A stretch of 64,000 nt of DNA from Podospora anserina (Eukaryota): NCBI GenBank assembly GCA_017654855.1, contig CM030338.1:2976001-3040000 (forward strand), given 5' to 3'. Every line of letters starts with the position of its first letter. The first letter of the stretch is position 1. The position numbers were made by a program, and so were the translations under genes. Below, in pieces: positions 25,001 to 39,245 of this stretch. Below the pieces are notes generated by a model, which saw nothing but the letters and a program-made list of their open reading frames with translations, did no database searches and had not been told where the DNA came from.

Positions 25001-28000
25001 TCTGGCTGAGGAGGCGGGTGGGTTGGGAGAGCCGCCTGCGGTTCAGTCGATTTACCGTCCTGGGGGTGGTGAGCTGCGCAGTTTGCAGGGGGAGTTTAGC
25101 AATGTTCTCGGTGCCCTTTTGGCGAACGATGTTGCGACGACGCATCTCAAGTCTATCATGTCGTCTTCGACTGAGGTTACTGAGGAGCTTTCGCTGGTGG
25201 AGCAGAACGTCTCGCTTCTTATTCACCGGTTGACTTCCCGGTTTGGGGCTTATCAGGATCTGACCATGCCGCTGGTCAGTTTCCTTCGCTGCCTCAAGAT
25301 GGGCCTTTCCCTTGGGAGGGGTGTTGTACCCCCTGCCACGGCATCTGAGGATAACGAAGACGAGGACAACAAATCCGAGGTCTTGGTCTCTGTCACGCCC
25401 TTCCTTCAGGGGACGGTCTACCGCGCTGAGACGGAGGATCTTCCCCTGAGAAACTTTGCGTTCTTGTATTTTGTCCAGACGGTTGCTGCTGTTGAAGGCA
25501 GGAATCAACTTCCTCCATCCATGAGGAAACAGCTCTTTGAGTCACTGGCCTCCATCCACGAAGTCTACAGCAAGAAGTTTGAAGAGGACAAGCGCAAGGA
25601 AGTCGAAGCTAGCGGGCTGAGTTATGTCCACAAGGGCAGTTTGGAGGACGAGAAAGAGTATGACCGGCAGGAATTCGACAGCCTCTTCCCTGATTATCAA
25701 GACGAGGGCGACGACGATGATCACGACAAGACCAAGGTCAGGAAGCCCAAAAAGTCGAAGCGGTCGGGCAAGGATCTCGCGGTGATGCTCGCCGAGGCGC
25801 ATGAGAAGATTTTCCTTGGGAGTCAAGAGCCGCAGGTGATGATCAAGGAGCTTTGCACACAGGTTGCCAGGACAGTCGCCAGATCAAAGGGTGGGCAAAC
25901 GGGCCCGGAGATGGACGCCATGCTACTCCCCGCTACGCTGCTTGTGTTTGAGGACTCGGTCAAGGCCTTTTCGGCCAGTGTCGAGACGGGCGATTACAAC
26001 TTTTACGCTGATGCCCACCTCGCTGAGGTTCGCAAGGGTTTGAACCTGGTTAATGCCATCCGCAATCGGTTCCTTGAACTGCAAGGGATCGACGAGATTG
26101 GCCATCATCAAACGCTTGCAGATGTTATCCTTGCGTGTGACAAGGTTCTCGAGATGGCTATTGACGACCCGCTTGCCAAGATTATCACAGCGATTGAGAA
26201 ACTGCACGCTCATGTTTACGAGTGGCATGAAGGCGGCTGGGCTACGGCTGCTAATAAGGCTGTGGCGCTGTATGAGAAGCTGCGGGATACGATTTGTGAC
26301 TGGAGGAGGTTGGAGCTGTCGTCTTGGTCGCGGTTGCTGGATGTCGAGGTCAAGAAGACGCATGATGCGGCCAAAGCTTTCTGGTTCGACGCGTACAATG
26401 ACGTTATCCTCAAGTCGTGCGTGTTTCTTGAGGAGGGGTTGCTCAAGGAGTATGCGGTTGAACTTTTGGAAACCCTCTCGACGTACTTTACTGGTGATCG
26501 CTGCACTGTTGGGCAGTTCAAAGCGCGGTTGGGGTTGTTGAGGCAGTTGAAGAGCCAGCTTGATCTGCTGACGAGGGATGAGAAGGAGTTTGGCGTTGTT
26601 GGCGATGCGGTGGAGAATAGTATCAGGTACTATGGACGGTATCTGGGCAAGGTGGAGGAGTATATCAAGAATGGGAGGCAGCCGCTGGATAGGAGTATGA
26701 AGGATGTGTTGTTGATGGGGAAGTGGAGGGATAAGAATATCGAGGCTTTGAGGGCGAGTGCACGGAAGTCTCATGAGAAGCTATTTAAGCTAGTGAGGAA
26801 GTTCAGGGCGGTGTTGGAGCAGCCTGTCAGGGTCATTACTGATCAGGGGCTGCCGGAGGAGAAGTATGAGGGGGTTGTTGGGGGGAGGATGGTGGTCAAG
26901 AAGGTTGAGCACAGTGTGGATCCCAAGGCTATCGAGGTGTGTCGGGAGATGGTCCCTGGGATTGAGGCTCATCCTCAGTGGAGTCGGATGGTGAATCTAC
27001 CCGGGGTGCTGAAGGCTATGGGGAGACATGGCTCGCTGCCTGCGGGTGTTGTTGGGGCTGCGAAGACGGTGGATGAGTACATCACTGATTTGGTCTCTTC
27101 GATTGCCGAGTTGAGGAAGGAGACGCCTAGCACGCTTACGGATGAGAATAAGGAGGCTGTGAGACATCTCAAGACTCGCAAGGTTACGCTCTTTAGCGAG
27201 ACCCTCAAGACCCTTCGCGCTATGGGCTTCAGCCGCAACTTGGGCACGAACATTCTCGACAAGCAGAGCAGTACGCAAAAGGTTCTTGTTGGGTCGGGGT
27301 TGGTCCCTCATCTTTCTGGGCCGGAATTGGACGCGCTTGAGTACTTTTACCACAAGACTCTTGACCTAGCTCCCAAGGTCCGCAAGGCTGCCAATGATCA
27401 TAATGAGGATCTCAACAGGGAGGTTGTGGGGAGGAGTATTGGTTTCTTTGAGGGTGTGCTGCATGTCATGTTCAAGCAGAGGCAGTTTTTGTCCAAGACT
27501 GCGCATGCTGATCAGGCACTCGAGGAGGCGATTGCCTACGTCAGGCAGCTTTCTATTGCTGGAGAAGGCTCTTTTGCGCCGGAGACCAAGCAGACCAACT
27601 ACGCTCAGGTGCTGAAGTGGTTGGTGCAGATTGTTAAGTTTGGTGTTCATCTTGTGGATGTTCACGGCAAGCTTGGTCAGATTGACAATGAGCCTGTCAA
27701 GTCTAGGTTGGGTGCTTGGGTTGAGACGTTTGCCAAGTTGGAGAAGACTCAGCTGAATCTGCCTCAGCTCCCCGAGGGCTTTGTTTCCTTGCCCCAGGAG
27801 ACTCTCCAAGTCGACGTCGAGAGGGAGTTGGCCGCTTTGAAGACTGACCTTCCAGTCCTCGCTCAAGAGCGTCCTGATCTGGCATTTGTGATGGAGCAAA
27901 TCAACCTCTGGACCGACATCCAAACCACCGCCGAAATCACCAGCGGCCCCCAACACTCTGGTATCGACACCTTTGCCAACTCAGCCCTGACCCTCTCAAG

Positions 28001-30944
28001 CAAAATCTTGGTCGCCCTCCAAAACTTCCAAAAGGTCGCCTCCACCCTCCCCGGAACAACAGAAGACCCAAGCTGGCTTGTGACATACGGGGAGGCCCTC
28101 CAAAAGTCCATCGACGCCCTCCGCATGCCCACCATCACAAACGACATCACCTCTCTAATCTCCCAGCTCCGCTCCATTCCCACACCATCAGTCGCCACCC
28201 CGATTTTACGACTAGTTCTACCCATCCTACAACAATACTCGGCCTCCTGCTTTGACAACATCACCCAATTCACCTCCCTCCACCGCACCCTCTGCCGCCT
28301 AGGCTACACCCTCTCCACCTCCTTCACCATAATCTCCTCCCAAGGCTTCTGCACGCCCAGCGAACCGTCCAACGAGAAGTCCAACGAAACCGGCAACGTC
28401 GAAAACGACGGCACTGGCCTCGGCGACGGGGAAGGAGCAGAGGATATCAGCAAGGACATCCAACCTGACGAGGACCTCACCGAGCTGGCTCAGGACAAGA
28501 ATAATAACACGCAGGGTGACATTGAGGAGCACGACGACGCGGTTGACATGGGGGATGATGAGCTGGAGGGTGAGCTTGGGGATGTGGCGGGTAAGGATGA
28601 GGAAGACGAGGATAAGGACGGGAGTGATGATGAGGGGGATGATGAGGATGTGGATGAGCAGGCTGGGGATGTGGATGATCTTGATCCTACGGCGGTGGAT
28701 GAGAAGATGTGGGATGGGAGTGGGGAGGATGAGGCGGAGAAGGATCAGCAGGGGGAGGGGGAGAAGGGGGAGAGGGATGAGAGTGATACTGTTGCTGCTG
28801 AGGAGAAGAAAGACGACAAAAAGAAGAAGGAGGAAGAGAATAAAGGGGAGGGGGATGGGAAGGGAGAGGAAGATAAAGAAGGGGAAGAGGAAGAAGAGGA
28901 AGGGGAGCCGGGGGATGAGAATGAGGGGGTGGCGATGGAGGAGTTGAATAAGCAGGATCAGAATGTGGATGAGCAGGAGACGTTGGCGTTGCCCGAGGAT
29001 ATGGATGTTGACATCAGTGATGGTGAAGGGGAGGAGGAAGATGATTTGGACGGGTTGAGTGACGTTGATCCTGATAAGATTGATGAAGAGGAGAAGATAA
29101 CTGGGGAGGATGATGCTGATAGCGATAATGGCGAGGAACAAGAAAAGGGTGAGGAAGAACATCAGAAAGACGAGGAGGTTGACGAGGCGGGGGCAGAAGA
29201 AGAAGAAAAAATTGATGCGGCGGGTGAGAGAGAAGAGGAGATGGATGTTGACGAGCAAGGGGACGAAGGCAGGGAAGATGAAGAGGAGAAGCCCAAGCCG
29301 ATGCAGGATGATGGCGGTGGTGCTGATCAGAATGACGTCGCGCCTAGCGAGGTTCAGAACGGGGGTGGTCAGGCGCAAGATGATGCGAATGATATGGAGC
29401 AGGATGAGACGGAGAACAAGGCTGCGCAGAGGGAGTCTGGCGCTGTGAGCAAGCAGCAGGCCGAGCAAGACAAGGCGCCTGGTATGGAGGGTCAATTGTC
29501 GACGATGGACCAGGAGCAGGGTCCTTCTGATCAGCCGGAGGATGAGTCCAAGCAGGCTCAGCCGTTCAAGAAGCTGGGTGATGCTTTGGAGAGGTGGTAT
29601 CGCAACCAAAAGGACATCCAGGCGGCTGACGATCAAGAGAGGCCCGAGAAGCAGGCGGAGGACATGTCCAAGGCCGAGTTTCAGCATCTGCAGGATGACA
29701 CCGCCGAGGCAGACGCGCAGGCTTTGGGGACGGCGACGAACGAGGAGGCAAAACCAATGGATGATGCCATGGCCATCGACAACGAGATGGAGGAGCAAGG
29801 GCAGCAGGTTCTTCCCGAAGATGAACAACCCGAGGAAGGGGGCGATGTCGATATGGAGGATGCCGAGCCGGCCGAACCCCAAGATGGCATCAAGAACGAG
29901 CGTGAGGACGGCCGTTCAGGCGTGGCTACCCACCGGGGCGCTCCAGACAACAACAAGGCCCCCGGTGACGAATCCGCCCCCAACGGCGCCGAAGACGAAG
30001 ACGTTCAAGAAACTTCTACTCAACTCTCCGCCACCCATCTTACGGATGAAGACCGCCCTCTCCGCCCTTACGGCGAGGCACTAGAGCTCTGGTCGACCTT
30101 CCAGCAGAAAACCCAAGGCCTTTCCCAGTCTCTGTCCTCCCAACTGAGGCTGATCCTCGCACCAACCCAATCAACCAAGCTCTCGGGCTCCTTCCGCACA
30201 GGAAAGCGACTCAACATCAAGAAAATAATCCCTTACATCGCCTCGTCGTACAAGCGGGACAAGATCTGGATGAGGAGAGCCATCCCCTCCAAGCGCGCAT
30301 ATCAAATCCTGTTATGTGTGGATGACTCCAGCTCCATGTCTGACGAAAACAGGTCTTCCTCTGGCCGTCTCGCGCTCGAATCATTAGTGATGGTCGCCCG
30401 CGCCTTGACAATCCTCGAATCAGGCCAAATTGGAGTCCTGGGCTTCGGAGAAGAAGTCTTTACCGCCCACTCGCTAACCTCACCCTCCTTCTCCTCTGGC
30501 GACACAGGCGCGAGGGTCCTCCAGAATTTCACCTTTCAGTCTGCCGGGACGGATATGATCAAGCTCATGCGCGGGGTGATCGATCAGTTCCGTGACGCCC
30601 GCCTAATGTCCCAGGGAGGGGAGGATCTCTGGCAATTAGCGCTAATCTTGTCTGACGGCCTGGTCCAGTCGAGGGATCATGCCAGGCTGAGACCGCTGCT
30701 GAGGGAGGCGACGGAGCAGAGGGTGATGGTTGTTTTTGTTGTCATGGACGACGTCAGGGATAAGAAGGGGCATAGCGTGCTGGAGCTGAAGGAGGCGAGG
30801 TTTGGGGCTGATGGGGTGCCGGTTGTGAGGCGGTATCTGGATAGTTTTCCGTTTGAGTATTACTTGATCGTGCACAATCTGGAGGACTTGCCGGGGGCGT
30901 TGGCGGGGGTGTTGAGGAGTTGGTTTCAGGAGGTGAATGCTTAG
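16001..30944 (+). CDS. MDN1: Midasin (Rea1) AAA-ATPase for 60S ribosome biogenesis; exons 16001-21493, 21552-30944 (about 4960 aa)
   Basis: Six AAA modules (GLSGAGKT, GETGIGKT, GPTSAGKT, GETGCGKT, GNPGVGKT, GPSGSGKS), long linker, D/E-rich tail and C-terminal MIDAS domain (CVDDSSSM...ILSDG). The single intron splits WVLLD|EMNLA. Confidence 0.98.
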
Positions 30945-31665
30945 GGGGTGGGTGGGTAGGTGGTGATGATGAGGGAGGAGAAAATATGAAAAGGAGAAAA
31001 GAAAATGAAGATAAATAAATAAACAAAAGGAAGGGAGAAGATAGATTGGGAGAGGGTTTGCATTTTTGGGAGTTTTATGGGCTGGGAAATATGGGAAGGG
31101 AAAGGAAGGGGAAACGTTTGCAATGCATGAAGAATGGAAAATAAAATGGTGTTTTGTTTGTTTCTATTTTGCCGAGACTATGCGTGTCAACTCTGGAGTC
31201 TACATATATTCCAACTTGGTCATGTTCACAGTGGTAAGGGCAGTAGTAGGTTATATCAAGATAAAAAACCGTTTGATGTTATAATTCGAGGTAAAAAGAA
31301 AATCCTGTGTTTTTCTTTTCACCTCGAAATGTAGCATCAAAACAGGTTTTCACCTTATAATTGAAATATTATATCCTCTCTCCTCTCATTCCCCCCCCCT
31401 TATACTATCAACCCATACCATCCATCATCCATCAATCAGGTTCTGTCATACCCTCATTTCCCCTACCCCCCCAAACACCAAAGCCCCATTAAAAAAGCCC
31501 TCCCAAGAAAGTCCCAGCCCTCCCTTTGCTTCCCCTTTTTATAAATATCAAACGCTGACCCACCCCAATTCTATCCATTTGCTATGCCAGATCCAAACCC
31601 AAAAAAAAAGAATTTTTGTTTTAAAAAAAAAACCCCTTTTTGTGACCCCAAGCCAGATGATAAAT

Positions 31666-33091
31666 CTAAGCAGTAATAAAATCCGCCATCCACCCCAACT
31701 CCTCCCTCAAATCATCCACCAACCCACCCCCCAACCCCCCCAACACCGGAAGTCCACTCTCAAACGGCTTATCCCCCGCCGTGCCCGCAGTCTTTGGCAG
31801 GCTGTATGTTGACTTGTTGACCTTTGATCCCAACCCCGCCACCTCACTCTTCTTCTCTTCAACCTCTTCCTCCTCCCCATCATCATCCTCGGCATCGATA
31901 TCATCATTGTCCGAGTGGTAGAACCCGGGCACGCCACCGACCGAGTCAGGGGATTGCGGCTCCGACACCGCCGGTGGCGCAGTGGTAAACCTTGATCGGA
32001 GGACGCCAGTGCCCGATGAAACAGGGACGATAGGAGAAGGTTGCTTAGGGAGGTTGCTAAACCTGCTGACGGGGAGGGGTGACGAGCCAGCGAGTTCCAC
32101 CGGCTCTACTGAAAGCGAGGCAGGGGCGATAGTAGGAGCGGGCGAAGCACCCCGTTGAGGAGGGGGAGACAGCCCAGTGTACTGCATAAACTCTGACACA
32201 GCCGAAGTAGCAAAGTTGTCGTCGTCTTCGTTTTCTTCAACAATGTCCTCCGGGATGGCTAGTGTGTTGTTGACAGACTGCTCCTCTTCCAAAGGGGCGT
32301 CGTCCACCAAGAACCGACGAAGAGACTCGGGGGAGATGTCTCTCGACCGGGAACCCTCCGAGCGCGCGGTGGCTCGCTCATCATCAGCCATTGCTGTTGG
32401 CGGCAGAGTCGACTCCTTGAGCGAAGAGGAGCTGGTCTTGCGGCTGAAGAGCTTGCGCGGCGAGAAAGACCAGCCCGACCCGGGAGAGATGCTGCGGGCT
32501 GAGCGCTTGTGCTGCTGCTGCATGCGCTGCGGCGCCGTGTCCAAGCGGCGAGGTGCAGCGGCAGTGTCAACGATGGGTGCGGCTGGCTTGAGCTTCGCAT
32601 ATTTGGCTGCAGGGTCCATGGTCTTGAAGTCGGTTGAGCGAAGGGAGTTTAAAGACCCGCTACGCTTGCGAAGAGACTGCTCGACTGGGATCCATATGGT
32701 GTTGACTGGTTGGCCGGGAAGGTATGGGCAGGCGGTGGTCGAGGGCAAAGAGGGATCGTGAACTTCGGATGACCCGTTGACCTCATAATAGTAGTAGTAC
32801 GTCTGTCCCATCTTGAGTCCACCACTCCGCTTTGGGGCGTTTCCAACATCGCCATCACAGATGATGTCCTCAAAGTTGTGGCACCCCCTCCACTGACCCT
32901 TGTTCCGTCTGCTGTCGCGTTCCATTGTGTATGGCTTGTTGAAGTTGTCCCAGGATCCAATAAGATGTACAGTCTGTACTGAAGGATGGGTTTGCCTGTG
33001 CTGTATGTCAGTGAGCTGTAAGGGTAGTAGAGTTGATAGACTTGAGAAATTAAAATCAAAAATCAAAACATACAGCAACAGCTTGATTATT

Positions 33092-33132
<41 letters not shown>

Positions 33133-33366
33133 AAAGCAGCAATCACAGGGCCAGACTGCGAAGCTAGATGCCGAACACACAAGACAAGATAAGAAAAGAG
33201 TGAATATGTTTTGCGTGTGTTGAGAGAGAGTGAGAGATTGTTGAGAGAAGGAGAGAGATGTCGAGATTGGTTTGTGTGTCGAGATATATAAAACGAGAGT
33301 AAAAGTAGACCAAAGCTCAAGAAGAACTCACAACATAAAGGTAAAGAGGGTAGCGGTCGGATCCAT
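31666..33366 (-). CDS. Protein with an N-terminal AMPK-beta/CBM48-like (glycogen-binding-type) domain and a Ser/Pro-rich disordered tail; exons 33366-33332, 32995-31666
   Basis: Spliced start MDPTATLFTFML-QTHPSVQTVHLIGSWDNFNKPYTMERD...GQW...GLKMGQTYYYYYEVNG resembles the CBM48/E-set pattern. GTGAGT donor and CTGAC...CAG acceptor. Confidence 0.75.
33094..33129. repeat. (AG)18 microsatellite inside intron 1 of the CBM48-like gene
   Basis: Directly visible. Confidence 0.9.
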
Positions 33367-36200
33367 GCCGAATTACACAAAGGCTGAGACTCAAGTGCGA
33401 GTCTCCTCTCAGAAGAGGCAAGGCAGGGCTGTGGTGAGTGGGTGATCCCGGATCGTCTTATAAGTGGAACAATGGCTTTGTTGGTCCTCGCGTGGCAGGC
33501 TGTTGGGATGCAACGTGTAGACGCAGGGAATTGGAGGATGCGGCGTGTAGCCAATGGAAGGAATGAGAGAGGGCCCGGAAGCGCCGTGATTCTGAGCAAA
33601 CAGCGACTGAGTGGTTGGCGCTTAACCACGCTTCACGGTCGACTGTCTCAGGGTGGGTAGTATGCCGTAATCCTGTGCCGCAGCGTCAACGCGGTTAAAG
33701 TGAAGCGATGGAACCCTGAGAGGGAGAAGCGGAGAGACGATGGTGAAGAATCATCGAGGGAGGATGAGATGAGAAAGAGGGAGGGGGGCTGTGAGAGTGG
33801 TGACGAGGACCAGGCTTGCTTAAAGCAATAAACCTGCTTGTCTCGCACCTGTGTCAACACGGTGGACCACCCATCGTCCCCCAGCCCTCACAGGCTTGCC
33901 CCGGGCTGGCTGACCCTGGTGTCTTTGGTGATCGAATTGGGACAGCTTGGAGGGACGCAAGCTGGCTTGGGATTGGGCCGTCCTCATGCACCGCCAATCT
34001 CGCCAGGGCCGTCGCCGGGAGACCCCTGGCCTTCATGCACCATCGATTGTCAAATTGGATCGAGGGTGCAGTCGATCTAGCGGATGGTTGCATCACTTCC
34101 CGCTTCTCGAGGCATTTCATTGTTGGGCAATTGTTTACAGTAGAACTGCTGCTCTGTGTGTTTGTCGCACAAGTTCGGATAGAGACAGAGCTGTGGGATC
34201 ATGTGAGATTCTCCAGTTCGTCGAGGCTCCGAGCTGGGGTTGGTGACACCTCAGAGGTATCAGAGGAGACTGCGCAAAAAAAGATAGAAACCAAAAGAAA
34301 GACAAAATCTGGTTCAGGACTTCGAGTTCAGCCGTCCATGCGCCCTGTGTGGCCCTGTCGGCCGACGACGACGATGGAGCGGACTGGGATGGTAAGATCA
34401 TTCACGCCGTCCCATCAACTGCCAGGGGTCCAACAGCTAAATCTGGACCATGGAGACCCACTACCAACGACACTGATTGGCCAATGGGCGCATTATGCTG
34501 CAGCAATCGCCCATGTTTCAAGTAGAGAAGCGCTTTCACCAGACGATAAAATGCCCTCCGCGAATAATTGCTTCGAACTGATTCAATCAAATATGAACAT
34601 CTCCCGCCTCATCCCTCCGCTCACACCATCCAGGCACCCGGAACGAAGTATCATCTATCTCATCCTCCTCCTCCTCCTCCTCAGGGACAACAAACTGCTG
34701 ACAACCAGCCCTCCCCCCAACTCAACTCAGGCACCAACCCACCCCCTCTCGGACCATCCCACCCGAAGGAACCGAGACTCACATATGTAATATGCATCCT
34801 CCACCCTTCCAAACCGTTGATCAAAAGCAAGCTTTCTTCCATTCTTCCTTCCTTGCTTCCGTCCCTCTGCGGATCAAAAACAAAAGGTCATACAGATCGG
34901 CAAAAAAGAACATTTCTCCAAGTCTCCCCCGTAAACAAAAGCAATCAAATTCCATTCCCTTCCCCAGTTCCACATCCCATCATGCAGTCCCACCATCTCA
35001 CAGCAGCAGCAGCATCACCATTTACCTTACCTTGCGTACGTGTACACTGTGCTATATGTCTCGGACATCACCATGAGTCAAAGTCTCCTCCAGATCATAA
35101 TTCTCCTACGTCCGCAATCATCATCATCATCTTGGTAGTAGTAATAGTAAAATAGTCTGGAATATTTCTCATCATCATGTATGTATCAATCTTGTTGTAA
35201 ACATTTGATCAGCTTCGGACGAACAACCCCCCCCCCACCCCCAACAACAGATAATAACCCACATGCAGCCACCCGGCGCGCCACCGCGCCGTCCCCGTTC
35301 CCGTTGATGTTGCCCCACAATACCTTCATGTAAGATTTGAAAGAAAGCGGGTCTTATAAGACCCGCCATCTTCGAAGGAAGTGGCACAACCCTCACCCAG
35401 GCCCGTTTTCAAGACTGACCCCCCGACCTCCCGATTTCTTTCCCCTGCGCTCTGCTTACTGCCCCTGCCCGAGTCTTATGCCCAAACAAAACAAGAAGCA
35501 AACAAAACAACAAGTTCCCCATGGTGAAATGTGTGTCGTGCCGCTGGGGATACCGAGACGCCCATGTACCCCAGAAAATCTCACTATATATAATCCCAAT
35601 AACACATGGCGGATCAGGAGTAGTAGTATGATGATGATGATAAAGGGAGGCCTGATTCAAATAGTCATATTACACATTATGATCATGATCCCTCCTCACA
35701 TCTTTCTCCCTCTCCCCGACTGCTTGCAACCACCCAGGCAACCCAACCCATTCATCGTATCTGCACGTACGTACACGCGAACGAACCCATCTCCCTGCTG
35801 CTGTCCTCCCATCGATCACAACAGCCAACCGTACCTACCTAACACACAGGTACCAACCATCCAATTCCTTTACCACAACAAAAACAAAGCGTCCCATCAA
35901 CCGACGCCCCCCACCTCCCCCAAAACATATATTTTTGTATAGCTTCCCTGCTATGATACTCACAAAACCCACAACAACACATCACTGACACCCAGACGAA
36001 ACAAAAAGAAAACCACCCCAAAAAATACAACTTCAGTAACTACAAATTCCCCCAAACCCCTCTCCCCCAACCCCCTTTTGCCCAGCAAGAAAGGAGCCAA
36101 GAAAGAAGCCAGAGGAGTCTCCATTACTAAACACCACCACCACCACCACCACCCCACAAGAATCTTATTACAGGTTTGTTCGAAAGCAACAAAAAAAACC

Positions 36201-36231
<31 letters not shown>

Positions 36232-36396
36232 ACAACCACCAAGCCCACTTGGTTTTCCCACCTCCCTTTTTACCCCCCTCCAAATTATCCTTTCCAAACC
36301 CAGCACCCCTTCTCCTCCATTAAAAAAAAAGGCACATAGGTAGCGTTATCCCTTCATTAACAGTCCCATATATCATATTTATCAGACCCAGTATCT

Positions 36397-37648
36397 TCAC
36401 TTGGCCTTCACCTTCCCATTCACCGTCACACTTCCATTCCTTTCCTTCCCCGTCACCAACCTCTTCTTCTCATCCTTGGCCGCCGCGTTCGCCCTCGTCC
36501 TTTCATACTTGAGCTGCACATCCCCCTCCCACTTGGTCCCCAGCCACCTGTCCCAGATGGTGAAGAAGGGCTGGGAAAAGTTGGACTTGATGCCCCAGCT
36601 CTGGTGGTGAATGTCGTGGTAGGCGGCATTGTTGCTCGTGATGTGCTGCAGCGGGTCCCAGGGGAGCTTATACCCGCAGTGGTCGTCGACGGTCTTCATC
36701 ATGCTCGTCACAAAGAACAGCATGCCCATCCTGTTGGTCATGAACGAGAGCTTGTACCCAATGCCAGCTCCAAGCGTGTCCATGACGAAGCCTTCGACCG
36801 GGTGGTTGTAAAGCGCGCCGTACGCGTAGGGAACGTAAAGGCGGTGGTGGCGGGCGTGCCAGTTTGCTACACGGCACCAGTCACGTTAGCTTTCCCTTTC
36901 TCTCAAGTAACAAAATAGCGGGAGGTGGAAACATACTATACATCCACTTATTCACATGCATAGCCCTATGCCAAAAATACTGCCACGTATCCATCACCGC
37001 AACCGCAACCCACATCTGAAACCCCGGCACAACAACCCAATACATCAACTTGGCCAGCACAACCTCCCAGACCGCAAACGCCGGCACCGTCTCCATCACC
37101 GCCTTCTTCCCCCCCTCCACAACCAGCTCCGTCGTCAGAAAAGGGTAATCCCCCCCCGCCAGCGCCCCCGCCAGCAGAGGATAACCCCCCAAAGCAACCT
37201 TCTCGCTCAGCCCCCTCGCGTTCAACCCCACCAGTCCGAGCATGTTCGGCAGCGCCCTCTGCGCGATCCTGATCCGCCTCGCCCACACCGCCACGTCGTA
37301 CCCCTCCGACCCCGTCATCTGCTTCGCCTCGGTCAGGTTCAAGAACGCGCCCGTCGCCACCTGGAGGATCTGCTCCAAGACAACATCCCGCGCGACCTCC
37401 CACCGAGAGGCGAGGTTGCGCTGCGAGATCTCCTCGGGCGTGTGCAGGCGGTACTGGGGGAAGAGGTCGTACGTGTCGATGAGGTGGAAGATGCCCGAGA
37501 CGACCCAGTAGGCGACGTGGGGGAGGATGATGGAGAGCCAAAAGTCTGAGATGAAGGGTAAGAGGTCCGGAAGGGGTTTTAGCTCGTAGGATGGTAGGGG
37601 TGGGAGGGGAGGGTAGGAGGGGGTTGTTGTGTTTGAGGAGGACGCCAT
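36397..37648 (-). CDS. SUR2: Sphinganine C4-hydroxylase (fatty acid hydroxylase superfamily); one intron at about 36937-36867
   Basis: His boxes DTWQYFWHRAMH, WHARHHRLYVPYAYGALYNHP, DDHCGYKLPWDP, YHDIHHQSWGIKSNFSQPFF; C-terminal KVKAK fits a KxKxx ER-retrieval signal. Confidence 0.93.
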
Positions 37649-39245
37649 GGTGAATTGATTGATTGATTGATTGATGATGATGATGATGGGCGGTGGTGGG
37701 TGCTGCCCGTTACGTTGGAAAAGATTTGAAGAGCAAGCGATGTGCTCAAACAGAGAAGGTAAGGTAGGTAGGTAGCGCGCGCGGTGGTGAAAACGTTAGG
37801 TTGACCGCATCAATGGAGGGTTATAGTTAGTTTAGTTGGTTAGGTAGTTGAGGGGAGGGAAAAACCAAACAACAGAGTTTAACAAAAAGGGCAACAAACA
37901 AAACCACAAACAACGACGTTGACCGCCACTGTTTAAGTTCATTTGTTGTTTTTTTAGAGGAGGGAGGGAGAGAGAGAGAGAGAGAGGCGAAACTGCTGAC
38001 TGGGCGGGAGAGAAAGAGGTGGTTCGGTGTTTTTGAGGAAAAAAACGGGCGGTTTGTAAGTGATCCCCGGGGTGGAATCCATCCGCGGTTCCCGATTGGT
38101 ACCTTGGAATAAGAAGGCCTTGGCCCCCTGGAAATGCGCTACAAAACACTTCAACACACCTAAACCCCTACAGAAGGTGACAAGGTGTGCTCCAATTTCC
38201 GTATCTAGACGCCGTCGGGTGACCGATGGGACGATGGTCTTTCCACTTGGTGTTATCTGATCTGATGGTGACGACGGGAATCCCATGCGCCCGTTTGTCG
38301 GAGGGAGTTTTCTGCTTGATCGATCATCGATATCCATGGCTGGCTTATGTTAGCAACGCGTTCGCGACCCCTATCTGCATGATGCGCTGTCATTGGTTAG
38401 TGGGAGGTCAGAGGCAGAACTGTCCGCCACCGCAGTTCTTGGCGGTGGTTCCGAAGTTCCAGAATTTTAACAACGGGGTTGTCCCAGGGTTTTCCTTTGT
38501 GACGTGAAACGGCCAGACAGTTTTTGAGTTTTATCTTGAGATTGAGATTTTGACGTTGTTGACAGAAGAAGACAGAGAAGTAGATATGCAGACAAAACAG
38601 AAATGGTTCCTAGAGGCTTCGGCAGTCAAATCGCCCAACGAGGCTGATGTCTGACAAGGATCTGATAAGAGGGACAACCTGGATGGTTCCTGAACTTCAA
38701 CCTATAGACATTTGTGACATTGTTGCATGTTGCCACTCACCTCTCACTTGAGTTTCGTACTGCACCACAAAACCACGTGAATGGCGTCCACCTCAACTCA
38801 ACGGCGGTGCATGGCTTGCCCTCACAACTCACACAGCCTTCGACTTACACCTCTGAAAACTTATTCCTCAATATCCCCCCACTTATCATCATCACACCAC
38901 AACCAAATAACCCAGGTAAGTTGCCGCCTGTGCAAAGTATCAAAGTATTTCATCAAGTGAATCCAAAGTCTGTTGTTGAAAAAGGGTGGCCCAATGTGGG
39001 TCCATCTCGATTCCCTGAACCACTTAAAAAAAAAAGGTGCCCCGCTCGATCTTTTTTTACCCCTCCCCATTCAATTCTTTTGAATCCGTCCCCCGCGCTG
39101 GCCTGCCTTGTTAACTACCACCCACCACCCCGCCCGCCGCCATCCATCAATTTTTTCCCCCCTTCCTGTGCCTTCCATTCCTTTGACAACCCTCCGCAGA
39201 CCAGACCAGCCTCATAATCTCGTCACCCTCGCAAACACCGCCAAG

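Noticed and set aside
33816-34790. 324-aa ORF in the 3-kb intergenic region
   Set aside because: Non-ATG start, no codon bias or domain features; likely promoter or intergenic DNA.
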